Shown here one piece after another: positions 12,337-25,760 of a DNA stretch of 64,000 nucleotides; position 1 is the first letter of the stretch; the number at the start of each line of letters is the position of its first letter. This DNA is from Catajapyx aquilonaris. Its lineage: Eukaryota. The notes beneath the pieces are model-generated. The model saw only the letters and a program-made list of their open reading frames with translations, ran no database searches and had not been told where the DNA came from. The translations under genes were made by a program, and so were the position numbers. The DNA lies in the NCBI GenBank assembly GCA_000934665.2, contig KZ538356.1, forward strand, positions 1-64,000. The letters are read 5' to 3'.

Positions 12337-15300
12337 TTACTCTTGTTCTCCACCTATGACTGCTTCCTTGAAGCCAAAAATGCGTCCCTCTGCATCTTCC
12401 TCTGATGCAACTTCAGGGACGCTTGGTCCTGGATCAGGGGCAGAATCAGGACTACTACCCTTTCGCCTCTTCTTCCGTTTCTTGCGTGGTGACTCTCCTG
12501 ATGAACTCGAGGGAAGCCCCATCAGAGATTTGCTGCGACGCTTTCTCTTCTTCCGCTTTGGTTCTGGTACCTCAGTGGGCAATCCATCTACTCCATCAAT
12601 AAGTGATGATGAACTCTTTCGCCTTGGGGGACTTTTGGCCCACTCTGGCATTGTCACTGGCTCACCAGTGTTTATGTCAACCAGCATTTTGTCTTTCTCA
12701 TCTTCATCTTCCAGTGTTTGGACCTCTTCTTCACCATCCTTAAACACAAGCATTTTCTCTGCATTTTCCACTAAGCCATGCTCTTCAGGGTCAGCCCACA
12801 GCTCCATCCTCTGGCATCGAAGAAAAGCATCAGGTCGCATATATCGGGCTGGTTTAAAATGCAGCTTGAGATGTTCTCGCAAAAAGTGCTGCTGTGGCAC
12901 AGAGTAGTCGCAAAACGGACAAATGTGTGTGCCAGCAGTGGCACCACTGACACACGCATGGCGCTGACGGTGTGATTCAACTGCGTCTCGTCGCTGGTTG
13001 CTATACGGGCAATACTCGCATTGGTAAGCTGCACTCTCCTTGGTTGAATTTGCTGGTGCTGGAGATGGATCTGACCGTCGCTTCTGTTGTATAAGCAGCT
13101 GTTGACGTTCTGCAGTTGTAAGCTCAGGGCCTAGTACTGGTGCAGGGGTTTCTGCTGTTGGTGTCTCTTCTACAGGGGCTGCACTGGGTGCTGGTGGCAA
13201 TCCTAGGGTCCGATGGGCATCCTCATTTCTTCGGTGCTTCCGCATATGCTGCACATAATTAGCATAATACTTCACAGAGTAATCACACTTGTCACACCGA
13301 TATTTCTGACGTGAACCATGTAATGCTACATGGATTTTATACTGTTCGTATTTCTCAAATGCTGATGGACATTTCTGGCATTTGTATCTCTTCTCCTTAA
13401 CCTTCCCATTCTTCACGCAGGTTGGGTACACAAATGCTGGGTTACCCCTACGGGCTACTTCAGAGTCAAGCAGATCGGCACCAGGGGTTGCTTCTGAGAA
13501 TGAACCAAGGGCAGGACCAGAAGTTTGGCTTGGTGGTGACACCATTCTGTGACGCTCTTCCTCCTGCCTGGCCTGCTTCTGCCGGAACAAATCTGTTCCT
13601 GACAACGGTATCTCATCTTCTTCAGCTGCTGCACCTGCCGCCAACAACATTGATGCCCGATCTTGGGTTTCAGGTTCTGCACCACCTTGATGCAATGCCT
13701 GATGGCGCACAAGATTTCCATACGTCTTCACACGGTAGTCACAATGACTGCAGCTGTAAGGACCCTTCCCACCATGCAGTGATTGATGATACTGAAGTGC
13801 AACTGATTTGACAAATTTAGCTGGACACCGCCCACAAGAAAATGGCTTGTGATTGGCAACAGCAGCTGCCTGAAAGTCTTCCAGTTCCTCCATATCTGCC
13901 TTCTTATCAGGAACTTCTGAAGCCTTCACTGCAAACACTTTTGGCTGTGGATGCTCGTCAGAAGCTTGGTATGTTTGCAGTAGAGATGCAGTACGCTCTT
14001 GGTACTCCCGGGTATGCACCTTTACATGTGCCAACAAATGTGGCTTCTGCCGGGCAGCATATGAGCACATCTCGCATCTAAAAGCCAGGCGAATCCCATG
14101 AAACTTATGATGAATGGTGACTTCCTTTTGGTAAAAGAATCGAGCTGGGCATTGTTGGCAGAAGTAGAGGGTGCGATCATCTTCATCTCCATCACCGCAA
14201 CCCAAGACCATTCCTCCTCCCTCCCCCTCTGCTTTCTGGGAGGCCAGGAGAGCTAACAGGCGATTGCCAGAATTGCCCATGGCCTTGGCTCCAGTGGCAC
14301 CTACCCTAGTAATGGTCACTGAGGGAAGGGATGATGCCAAGGTTGTGGCTAAGATGGAGGCAGCTGTTGAATGTTGTTGCTGCTGCTGGAGATTATGAGA
14401 TTGAGTGCTACCCATTGGCTCTGGAGGAGATGATTCCAGGACTGCACCACCACTGATCTCTCGCAGCTGGTCCTCTTCCGAACGAGACGGGTCAACTAGG
14501 GCATGAACTTCACCCAGGATCTTCTGGTGGACCTGTGGATTTTTGTAGGAATTATAAATGTGCATGGCTCCTCTGTACACACTTAGGTTGACTAGCACTT
14601 CCCAGTATGCCTGGCACATTGGAGCATATTATTTCACCAAAAAACCATTAAAAGTCTGAAAATCACTTCACATTCTGAGCTTTCCCCATGAAAGGTGCAC
14701 ACATGTATTAAGTACCCAAAAAAGTGTCCCATGCACGTTTTAAATAACACATAAATTTGATTCCTGTTCATTCTAAGCTGAAATGGACTACGTGCTGTAT
14801 ATGGCAAATTAGCTGGGACGAGGTAGTGTGCTGCCCATAAATTCAGAAATTAGCTCAAGCTTTTAGAATGATCTTCCCATAAGATGTGCAGTATACTGAC
14901 CTTAAGATGAGCAGACAGCACGCCAGCATTGTTGCAGCAATAGCTGCAGTAGTAGCACCTGTGCAACTGCTCCATTCCACCAGTCCCTGCTGCACCACCG
15001 AGTCCCATAAGCAATGAGGCTGGGGACGACCTGCCCCTCTTGTCGTGCATCTTCTCATGCTCCTGTATGTTAACTTTCCTAAAGTTGACATGTGGACAGT
15101 ATCGGCACTTGAACATCTTGTAGAATTTTGTGCCTCTTGACACCCACACCAGAGGTATATCCTGAAGGTTGCAGGTCTCTGAATCTGGTAGTCTGTGCCA
15201 TAGCTGCTGCCTTCGACCTTTGGCTGCCTGCTTCTTAGCCCTTGGTGAAGGCTCTGGGATGTCAGTGGTGCCATCCTCCTGCATCCGAGAAAGATCACTG

Positions 15301-18300
15301 GCAGTCATCCCATGAACACGCAGATGCTGGTGGAGAAGGTGGCGTCTGGTCACGTTGTAACTGCATTGTGGGCACTTGAATGGGGCACCACGAGGGCGAT
15401 GGAACTGCTTGTGATACAGGAACTGACTCTTGCTGTCGCTCACATAGGGGCAGCTGCCGCACTTGTACTTCTTAGTCTCTCCCTTCTGGGATCGGACACC
15501 CTTGGTGGATAGGTCGTCTCCAGTCTCCTCCTCCTTCAGCTCCGGTGCACCACTGTCATCTGGATGGTCAGGTAGACTCAAGTCGAATCCGTCCCGATTG
15601 TAGTACCCAAACCCATCTGAAAGATACAAATTCATACCTCAATATAATATTCCATATTAATATCACTACTTCACTAGTATTAATATCACTAGATTTTCTC
15701 CCTTTAAATTATCTTTACTTCAATAACAAATAAATGTAATAAAACCAGTATTTTATTAATTTTAGCATTTCATAGCACCTCATAATGCCTCTCACTCTTT
15801 AGTCCCCTTGAATTTATATGAGGTTTTTAGTTAAATGGAATTTGATATTATATGGAGTGGTACAGTGAAAAGGCCAATATATTACAATAGCATCAGAAAT
15901 ACAAGTGATATGTTATGTACAAGTTATTCATGTTACATGACGCCCTAAGGGAAAAGAGATGAAATTCTCAATGTTGTGACATCTATTTGTTATAGTGAAG
16001 CACTGGGAAAATTGGAAACTCACTGCCTTCTTCAGTCTGATGTCCCATGTGGCTCAGCTGTTGCTGCAAATGACCCAGGGGATTTATTGGTCCGCACTCA
16101 TCTTCTGGCATAGCTTCTGGGGCATCATCCTCATGTGGCTTGTTCTCCACCACCCGTATGTCCCCATCATGCTTCAGCCTGCAGTGACGCTGAAAGAGCA
16201 ACAAGTAGTGTCACACATTGTTCTTACAAGACTTCCAAGTATTGCAGAACATATTTGAAGATCAGGTAATTCCCTTTGTAATAATGTCCACATATTTAAG
16301 CGTAATTAAAAAATTGCAAAGAAATTGCTGTGAACATGATCCAAAATCTTGCAATTGAATAGCTAGGCATTTATTATCACTTTAAACCTCATTCTTAACT
16401 TTGCTCAAAATGACAAATAATGAATAGAGTGGCTAATTATTATTTCTTCCCATGAGCTATTTGAAATATAACCACGAATAGGAACATTTTGGCACAAAAT
16501 ATCGGGGTCAATTCCACTATGTCCCACTTTGCCTGCACTCATGGCTAAAGAATCCGCCTTATCATGAAATGAATGAATTGTGCCAGCCTTCCAAGATTGA
16601 CAGTAACTTGACAGAAGCTGATAAAATATCAGATCCAACTACAACATAATGGCCTGTGTGATTCCATATACTGTATATTCTTTGTGAATTCATTGGGCCT
16701 GTCAGTCAAGCTTCTTCACATTAGTTTGGAACTAGCTTCTTGGCTCCAATTGGTCCATTGCCATGAACAAGGCCAATGCAAGTGTGAGAGACCAGTCCCA
16801 CACTAATTAGAAGCAGACAAAATATATAATATAGCCTACATGCAGTATTCCTCTCACAACCACGATTTCAGTTTTCCACGATTTGAAAATATTAACAAAA
16901 TATCAAATATTAATAATCCAATATATGTTTTCAGTACAGTACAGCACTATATCATTAGACATATTTTATTTGATTGCTTATTGTTTTTGCTGATGTCTTT
17001 AATTTTTCAGCATATCATGTGTATCATATGTTTCGATGTGTTTCATAGGTATGTATGATAATATAATTTATGTGCATTATATTATGGGGTTCAGTATTAC
17101 CCCCAGTTTCAAGCATCTGCAGATGGGCTTGGAACCTATTCCCCATGGATATGAGGGGAATACTGTACATGTAATCCATTCTGTTGGAATTGCAACAACT
17201 GCGATTTTAAGAAATATATGTTCTGTTCATTCCTCTTGATTTACATGTAAACAAGTCTATGCTTAGGGGTCATCCATAACATACTTCACATTGCTGAGGC
17301 AGAAAGGAAGGGTTAAAAGGTTGGGAGGTGGTCCAGGACATGGTAGGAAGAAAATTGAACTGATTCAGTCCACCATGACATGATTCCAAAGAATAGAAGA
17401 ATGCATGGTGGGGGGGGGGGGGGGGGGGGNGGGGGGTCCCTTTTTTTTCTTCAAATCCCTTTTCTATAAATTCGTCCTGACCTAGCAAAAAACAAGTTCT
17501 TGCTGATGCAATCATGACTTGACAAAAAATATTTGAATTGGGAATTATTGTTACAGAGAAATAAAATGCAAGCTTATGTTACTGAAAAACTGTGAAGTCA
17601 ATATGGTCTGTTCGTGGCAGTAACAATCAGTGCTACGGGTATCTCAAGGCAGAAAAAAGTGTGACATTGGGATAAAGGGAATGAAAAATCCTTACATCAT
17701 TACAGATGGCCCCTAAACTTAAATGTAAAAAATTCAAGCAAAAAGTCAAACTAATTATGAAATTGCAAATCAACAAATGGCCAGGTTCTATGTTGCAAAA
17801 GGAGAGAGCATACTACCTCACTTGCAGAAAGAGAGAGACCCTAGTACACATTACTTACATGCAACTTAGGCACACAAAATACACATACTCAAAATTCTAT
17901 CTAGCAAAATAATAAATAAAAATAAGATCAAAGGTGGGTTGGGATAGATGGATGATATAGGTCAGGGGGATTTGTAAGTTGCATCGTCATGAGCAGCATC
18001 AGCATCAGCAGCAGCACATTATCTCATGCCATGCGTCTTGGTTTCCAATCACAAGAGTGGGGAGGAGAGCAGTGGAAAGATGTACCTGAATGACATGTTT
18101 CCAATTTGATACCTGAGCACAGTGGCCACACTGGAAGGGTGGTTGGGGTAACCCAACCTCGGAAGAAGTAGAAGAGGCAGGCGCTTTCATCTGCTGGCCC
18201 CGGTAGTGTTCCTTGATGTGTGCTACTACTACATCCTTGTTAGTGTCCCTGCAAGAAGCAAGGTACCCAACCACCACTGTTACCCTCAGTTCCAAATACT

Positions 18301-21300
18301 CTGCTGGATACCCAGCTGAAACAACCCAGTCTACTTTAAAACCTTACAGAGAGGATCGGCATGCAAAAGAAACATCCATCACCACTGCTAACTGGAAAAA
18401 AGAGAAGATCCACCTGGAAGAGTCCCTCCAATATGTTAATCAGTAACCCAACAGTTGTCATCCGTCCCCTTCCAATCATCCATCCATCCAACCCACCTGA
18501 CCTATCTACAGGAGCGCTACATGGCCAATCAAAATTACGCAAGATTTGTGTGGGGAGGAACCTAGCATTACCCTGATGACAGACTGCCAGCGGGATCCTT
18601 TTCCGCAGATACCACACAAAAAGTTTTCATGGTTGGTGTGCTTGGCAATATGAGCCATCACCATCCGCTTGTCCTTGTGCCTGTGGTTTAATAGAAAAAA
18701 AGACATGTTTGTGATCCACAAAATCTAACACTCGGGAATATGCCACACTCTGAAAATGAAATTTCATTAATTAATGACACAAATATGAAAATGCAGCGAG
18801 TAACTCTTGCAACTGAATAAATAATTCATAATGTGCTGAACCTGTTTGAAATCATTCAGCATTATATGAAATGTCATGTATTGATTTATAGAATTATCTA
18901 TTCATTAATTCATTCACCTTTGCTCCTTTTGTCAGTGATATTCATGCATTATGTAACTTGAGTGGCTGCAGAGCCCAAGTTTTGCAAGAAAAATATCCAG
19001 TAGTCTTAACCAGCAGCATATTAATTTTTAAAATTAAAGTTTGATATTGTCCCATAATCCTGAACCTGTCTGCAATGGAAAATTTCCACAAAACAAAGTG
19101 ATTCCACTGTATGCAAGTCTTACTGCATCAACAATTTTGTGCATTTCTTTATCTACAACCAAGCTACTTCTGATTCTTAATAATGTGCCTCACAGTCTTA
19201 ATATAAATCTACTGCTATGCTCATTAAATTATTTTACCAGATAATTATATGCATGGCAATCAGTGCACCTATGCAAACACAGCAACTTATTGCAACCAAC
19301 CACTCGAGGCGGCACATTATACTAGTGGTGAAGAAAGGCAACATTTCTTCCCCAATGAGTCCTTGTGCAAGGAATAAGGCCTTGAAAGAATTACCCATTA
19401 TAAACTCAATCTAACCCAGCAATAACAGTTTATCCTATGTGAAAAGTTTTTTCGAAAACTCTGCAGTTAATCAGGGCGGGATATGGGTGTTTACGCAGCA
19501 ACTTGCGTGGAGGTGGGGTGGCTATGCTCTCATTATTCTGCCCACTCCTGCTTCCTGTCAGCAGAGTTTGTGAAACAGCTTTACAAAAATTATACATCAG
19601 ACTAGCTTTTTCTTATAAATTATGATCAAATGTGATGGCAAAATGGCCTTTTCCATACTTCTATGTAAAAAAAAAAAAAATTTAACGCAGCTACCACTAT
19701 TTGTATTTCTCTTGTCATGTACAATAGGAATTGAACTCCTCCATACCATTGCTCATCCCTATTTCTGAATTCATGCAGAAATTAACACACACAAGACTTC
19801 CATAATTCAGCCTCCCAAAAGTGCCTGAACATTACCCCAAAACACATACCAAAATTACAATTTGCGTACATCTCCCGAGAGAGTGACAAATTTTAAAATA
19901 GTTCCCTTGATAGACTGAGTTATGAAAGTTCTCCAATGCTGTTTGTCAATTAAACAATTTTCGCCTTAGAAATTAACCACTTTAGAGATAAAGCAACATT
20001 TACAATGTAAAAAGTTTTTTTTACTGACCTAAAAGCACACTTCTTGCATTTCCACACTGTCTTTCTTGAGTCTGGCAGAACAGGGATCTGCAAAGGTGGT
20101 GGTGGCGGTGGCGGCGGCGGAGGAGGAGGAGGTGGAAGAGGCGGGGAGTCAGGTGGTTGGGCATTGGTAGGGAATGCAGACAATGACCCAGTCCCGCCAA
20201 TTACACCAGGAGACCCCGATGAAATGCCGGTCATGCTATTTCTCCTGCGCTCAGGTTTCTTCTCCCAGTGGTAGTCCTGCTTCTCATTGAACAGTAGTTT
20301 GGCAGACTTCTTCAAAGTTCGTCTCGGCCTCTTTACCTCCTGTGAACCATCAGACATTGCATCTGTCCCGTACACTATGGCTGTCTTGCCATTGCCTAGG
20401 TTCATCCTGGTGGCAGTTGATGATGAAGGCTTGGCACCACTTCTCCATGTATGTGCGTACAAAGGTGGAGGAGGTGGGAGTGACCGGAGAGCTGTCAGTG
20501 GTGGTGGTGGCCTCAGTGATGGTGCCTTATTTCGTAGTACTGATTGGCCCACACGTACTGGTGCCCTTGTCAGGGGTGGCGGCAATGGCAGCTTTGGAGG
20601 CGAAGGTGTTGGACGGAGTGAGTATGGGGCTTCTGGTGTTGTTGATCGGCTACTTTTAGATGATGCTGATGGACATGGTGATGGTGTGGCAGATCTGAAT
20701 TTGGCTCTCTTTCCAGCACCACTACTCTCAGGTGTCTTCCCCTGAGCTGCTTGTCGTAATTCCATAGCAACTAGATACCGGTCATACTTCTCATAGTTGC
20801 GCTCTCCCGTCTCGTCTGTCATCAACACCTTGGCACTTGAAGCATGCTGTGGATCTCTAGCTGACTTCAACTTGATATGCTTAGTAATATCCCATCGCCA
20901 ATTGGAACGATATGCACACTGAGAGCATTCAAATGGCTTCTTGTTAAAATGCCCGACAATGTGCACATGAAATCGTGATGCTGTGGTTGCCCAGAAGGGG
21001 CACTGTGGGCACTTGTAGACTTTCTTCACTGTGGTGGTGCCTGTTGGTGACGTCTTGGCAGGTGTGCTTCGGCCTTGTGAACTGCCTCGGCCATGGCCCC
21101 GTCCAGCTCTGCCACCACGTCTTCGGGATCCCCCACTGACTGCACCTATTCCAGGAGCTGTCTCAAAACCGACCAGGCTGGCCTCAGAAGGTGATTTGCT
21201 GCGGACTGAACTGGCCTCATAGCTCTCTTCACCTAGGGAGCGAACAGAGTGGCCATCATCTTGGCACAGTGGGCCATCCTCCTCCTCGTCAATGTCAGCA

Positions 21301-24300
21301 TCATCATTTTCGCTATCTCTCATGCTTATCATCAGCTCGGGTTCCAGATCTGTCTCTGTCTCCGGTTCTGGTGCTTCTGTCTCAGGAAGGTGATTCCACA
21401 CAAACACCTGAGGAAAACCAACATTATCACATGTAACACCAAGTACCTTCAAGAAGTCTAATTCAAACAGGCCAGCACCTTGACCAAAAGATATCCCTTG
21501 AATTTGAGGTAGTTGTACTTCTAGTATGATACAAGAGCAGATTGAATTATCTTGGCAAAATTTCAGCTCATGCAGCAGCACAACATGTGAAACTATCATA
21601 TGGAATTCCCCACTCAACATTCCTTAACAAACAAAACATACTGTATTTACCAAATATGAAGACAAGTATTTCATGTGTTCACACAATACCTTATTTTCCA
21701 TGGGATGTGTTCCAGAATTGTTGTCATCCTCTTCCACTTCCTCCAATTCCTTCTTGATCACCACAGGTTCCTCTTCCTTTCCCTCCTCATCGGCTTCACC
21801 TTCTTCACCTTCCACAATCTCACTCTTAACTTCTACCATGGGTTCCTCTTCATTTGCACCATCATCATTGTCCTCTCGCTCCTCCTCATCCTCCTCTTTC
21901 CTCTTCCCTCCTGCACTTTTCTTTCGTCCTCCGCCCTTTCGGTTGTTGATGGGCCTTTGCATGTCCTTTCCGCCTTTAGGCTGCAAGCTCTTTTTAGCCT
22001 CTTCACATCCTTTCAGGTGCTTAACCAAATGAGCACTGGTTTTGCATCGTTGTCGACAAAACTGGCATCTGGTGGAGGAAGGTTTTGACACAAAGCTTGA
22101 GGAAGCTTGAGGATTAACAACGGCAGTTGGACTGTTTGGGTTGTAGCAACAATTCAATCCACTATTGCTGCTGGAGGAGGCAGCAGCAGCACTCAGGTGA
22201 AGCTTCTGGTGTCTAACTGACTCAGACAGGCATTTGGACTCATGCCCACAGTAATTGCAGATCAGGTTTTGCACATCTGTGGTGGACAATCTCTCTTTGA
22301 GGCGTTCGAAGAAGGATGACACTGGCTGGCGCTTCTGGGGCGCCACTGGCGAAGGTGCCTCCTCAACTGGCAGATCAGCAGCCACTTCCTCAGGCTTGTG
22401 CTCTTCTTCTTCACGATCACCCTCAATGGAAGCTGTTGAATCTGCTGGTGCTGATTTGCACTCGGCCTCCTCCGGCTCTTCTCCACCTGACCTCCTCCTT
22501 GGTACCTGGGGTATCTTCAATATTGTGGGTTTGGCTTGTTCAGACACCGTCTGGATTGGAATCAGATTGGGAATAGGCTTGACCACCTTTCCTCCCTTTC
22601 CTGCTGTGGAAAAGGGTAATGGTGCTGTAGGCAAGGAGATAACCCCATGTGTCTTCTGCTCATGCCGCACAATCTCACTGTCCCACACAGCCTTGTAGTT
22701 ACAGAATCGACACTTCAGGTTCTTGATGTACACCTTCCCATTTTTGTGGATGATGTCATCAGGGTGGATAAAATCCTGACGAAAATTGTGACGCTCATGC
22801 TGCTGGTTCTGTCCTGCTGGCCTGCCCACTGGGCGCATCTTCTTCAAAGTCAGCTTTATTTTGGGGCGGCGGTGAGAGGGTGATGGCAAATCATCGGCAG
22901 GTGGTGCTACATCTTCCTCAGGGGCCTCTGGAGTTACCACAACAGTATTGGCATCTTCAGGAACATCCTCCTGGCTTGATACCTGGAAGGCATCTGTCGA
23001 CTCCTCCTCAGCACCCTTTGAATCCACCTCTTCTTCGTCGTCGTCATCATCATCGTCGTCGTCATCATCCACATTGTTATCCTCACGCTCCATCCTCAAC
23101 AGCTCCATCTCTTCTCTGTCAATTTCAGCCTCAGCTTCGTCACTTGCCCCAACCTGCAATTAAATGTGGTCAACAATCTCCAAGCAACCAAAAACACCCA
23201 AAACATTCCCAAATGACGTCAGCAATTCTAGTGAGGTCACTACATTAGTATCATAATGGCTGAGTAATAACATGTCAGTCATCATGCAACCAGTAGTGGA
23301 ATGACACATTACTGAAAGTTTGACACATTTTGCACTTCCTTTCGCAATTATAACAGCAAATAATGACTAATTAGTAATACACATTAAGAATTTATTGCAT
23401 TATATTCAATTAAACCGTTTAAAGACTACTTTCTTTTAAAGGAGGGCTTTTTGTTTGCAAATTGTGCTTGGGGATCAATCACTATAAAATTGTGCAACTG
23501 CATAAATATTTAAACAACTTATTTTAAATATTTAAATGCAAAAATTAAAGGAATGAAAAGGCAGAATTCTAGTGATCATCTCTCACTACTGCATTTCAAG
23601 TTTTAGCTTCACGGGAAAGGTACTTGGTATAGACTGAATACTGGAAATATATGGTCACAAACACCACAAACTTCATCAAACATAAAATATTGGTGACATC
23701 ACTTGACAACCACTTGTAGACATGCAGCAACATGGAGCAAGCACAAAGACATGCAAGGCAAACACAAGCCTCGCAGGGTGGACTACTCACACACTGGACA
23801 CTACTGGACAACAGCGGACAGCGGTCAGCAGCAGGCTTTTTAGCTGCTGGTACACCACCAGCCTCACGAACCTTGTTCCGCCTGCGGGCGGCCTTTGACC
23901 TCCCTGGACTCAGATGATGATTCTGGATGTGCACTGTGAGGCTCTGCTTAATATGGGCTGTGAAGTTGCACACGTCACACTTGAATGTCCCATCTCCCAT
24001 ATGGTTCTTGTAGTGGCGATCAAGGTTCCACTTGTAGGGTGTCCTGAAGTCACACATGTCACACTTGATCATCGGCATGGAGTGATACTTGACATGCTTG
24101 GTATAACGGGCCTTGACGTGAGTCACATAATTGCACTTGTTGCAGCGAAAGAATTTTTTCTTCAGATGTGCGACCTGCTCATGTCGTTGGACCAAAATCT
24201 TGCTTTTGCTGCTGAAGTAGCACACGGAGCACTTGTAGTCACTGATCTCACGATGGTGGTGCCGACGATGGTGTTGCAGTCGACTTGTGGCTGCTTCTAG

Positions 24301-25119
24301 AAGGCTGCCCTTACCGGTTGGTATTACCACCATCGGTGGTACCTCCTCTTGCTCCTCTATTTCTTCACCGACATCTTCTGGTTGTGGTTCTTCTTCGGGC
24401 AGCTCCTCCATCTCCAAATCACCATCAACATCCATCTCGTCTACGTTTCGTCCACATGCCACATCCTCCATCAGGCGAAATGCAGCAGCAGCTTTTGATG
24501 GTGACTTGCGCCCATTACTCCTCCTCATTGTCTTCCTGGCTGACTTGGGCTTTGCTGGTGTAGTAGAAGCACCAATTGGTGGCAACCTTGGGGTTGGTCC
24601 TGGAATGTGTACCATACGTATGTGCCTCTGCAGCTTCTGGCTGTGCTTTGAGGCATAGATGCAATGAGGGCACTCGTATATGCGAATCTTCTCCCCATGA
24701 GTGTCCTTCTGGTGGTACAGAAAGTTTCGGGGATTCTGCGTGTAGTATGTGCAGTGACCACAGGTGTAGTTACGCTTGATTTTGCAATCAGGTAGTGCTG
24801 CCGCAGGGGTACTGGAGCCACCCGGGAGAAACAAGCCCGAGGCACTGGTATCCATCTCAAGGTCATGTTCAAAAAGGTCAGAGGAGTCATGCTCCCCACC
24901 CATTTCATCCAGGTCTTCATGATCTTCCCCAATGTCATCCCGATCACCAGAACCCTCGTCACCATCTTCACTTGCCTGTTCATCAGTGTCATAGAGACGG
25001 TTGCCACTAACAACACTCTTGACAACTAGACTGTCCCCATTCCTATGGACCATGGACAGCGGGGAGCTGTATGAGGACAGGTGCAGCGGCAGTCGCGCTG
25101 ACTTCTTCAACTTCTCCAT
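12337..25119 (-). CDS. Large multi-cluster C2H2 zinc-finger protein (REST/spr-4-like paired fingers, possibly the Drosophila CG9932 group), 2425 or 2443 aa
   Basis: Exons 25119-23872, 23153-21690, 21407-20029, then 18680-18572 OR 18248-18086, then 16189-16024, 15616-14901, 14532-12337; all GT-AG; 7278 or 7332 nt in frame. More than 20 CxxC-x12-HxxxH fingers, acidic and Pro-rich linkers, C-terminal basic NLS-like runs. An acceptor near 25161 implies an upstream non-coding exon. Confidence 0.9.
16843..17165. mobile_element. Tigger/pogo-like non-autonomous DNA transposon
   Basis: Ends CAGTATTCCTCTCA and TGAGGGGAATACTG followed by TA; the right subterminal region resembles MER2/Tigger-type ends; AT-rich interior. 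Confidence 0.65.
18086..18248 (-). other. Zinc-finger gene alternative exon B (163 nt)
   Basis: CTTGCAG acceptor and GTACAT donor; encodes DTNKDVVVAHIKEH...FQCGHCAQVSNWKHVIQ. Confidence 0.85.
18572..18680 (-). other. Zinc-finger gene alternative exon A (109 nt)
   Basis: CCACAG acceptor and GTAATG donor; encodes HKDKRMVMAHIAKHTNHENFLCGICGKGSRWQSVIR. Confidence 0.8.
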
Positions 25120-25339
25120 TGTTTAAGTCCTAATCCAAATCACTAGGATGCATCCTCAACTGTAATGAAAGAGACATCATGTTGTATAATACTGGAAATC
25201 TCCACATGGAAATGCACCATTTTGCCTAGACACACACCCTAAGCAAAATTTTGTCATTTGGACATGTCCAATTAAGAACGTCACTTTTTGATCACTGGTC
25301 CACTTTATTGTGACTGAGAACCACTGCTTTTGCAATTAC

Positions 25340-25760
25340 TCAGCTAAAAATATGTGGTGTGTGTGCTGACAACAACTAACAATGCAACCATCCACCGAAG
25401 TCCTACAAATTAACAGGTTTTGTTCTGTACAACGAAAAAAAAAAAAGCATTGAAAACTATCTGGTAGGGCCAATGGTAATTGTCCTGTAATGGATAACTG
25501 TAGTCTGCAACTTTGTACAGTCAACAGTGTGCAAATACCAATCAGCAACACACCAACACCATACCTCCTGCAAGAAGTGGCTGGAAAATTCTATGAAACA
25601 AACAGCACTGGCCAAGACCTCTGCAATAAGAACTGGAACACCACCCAACCAAAATCAACAACCCCCATCCCAACCAGGTTCCCAACAACCAAACAAGTGA
25701 CACCAACCCTGCCAAGAATCCTCCTCCACAGCCTACAACAACCCACCATCAAGTAAACAC
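25340..25760 (+). mobile_element. Degenerate 3' fragment of a non-LTR retrotransposon ORF2 (Jockey/I-like)
   Basis: Broken frames read QINRFCSVQRK / ALKTIW*GQW* / LLQEVAGKFYE...LPRILL, resembling the post-RT 'lq.vQNkalR.i..apWy...a.kFy' region. Confidence 0.5.

Noticed and set aside
19330..19375. Minus-strand GCACAAGGAC identical to the start of alternative exon A
   Set aside because: No AG acceptor before it and no zinc-finger residues after it, so not a third alternative exon.
12356..25025. Many 60-180 aa ORFs overlapping the zinc-finger exons
   Set aside because: Antisense or off-frame shadows of acidic and Pro-rich coding sequence.
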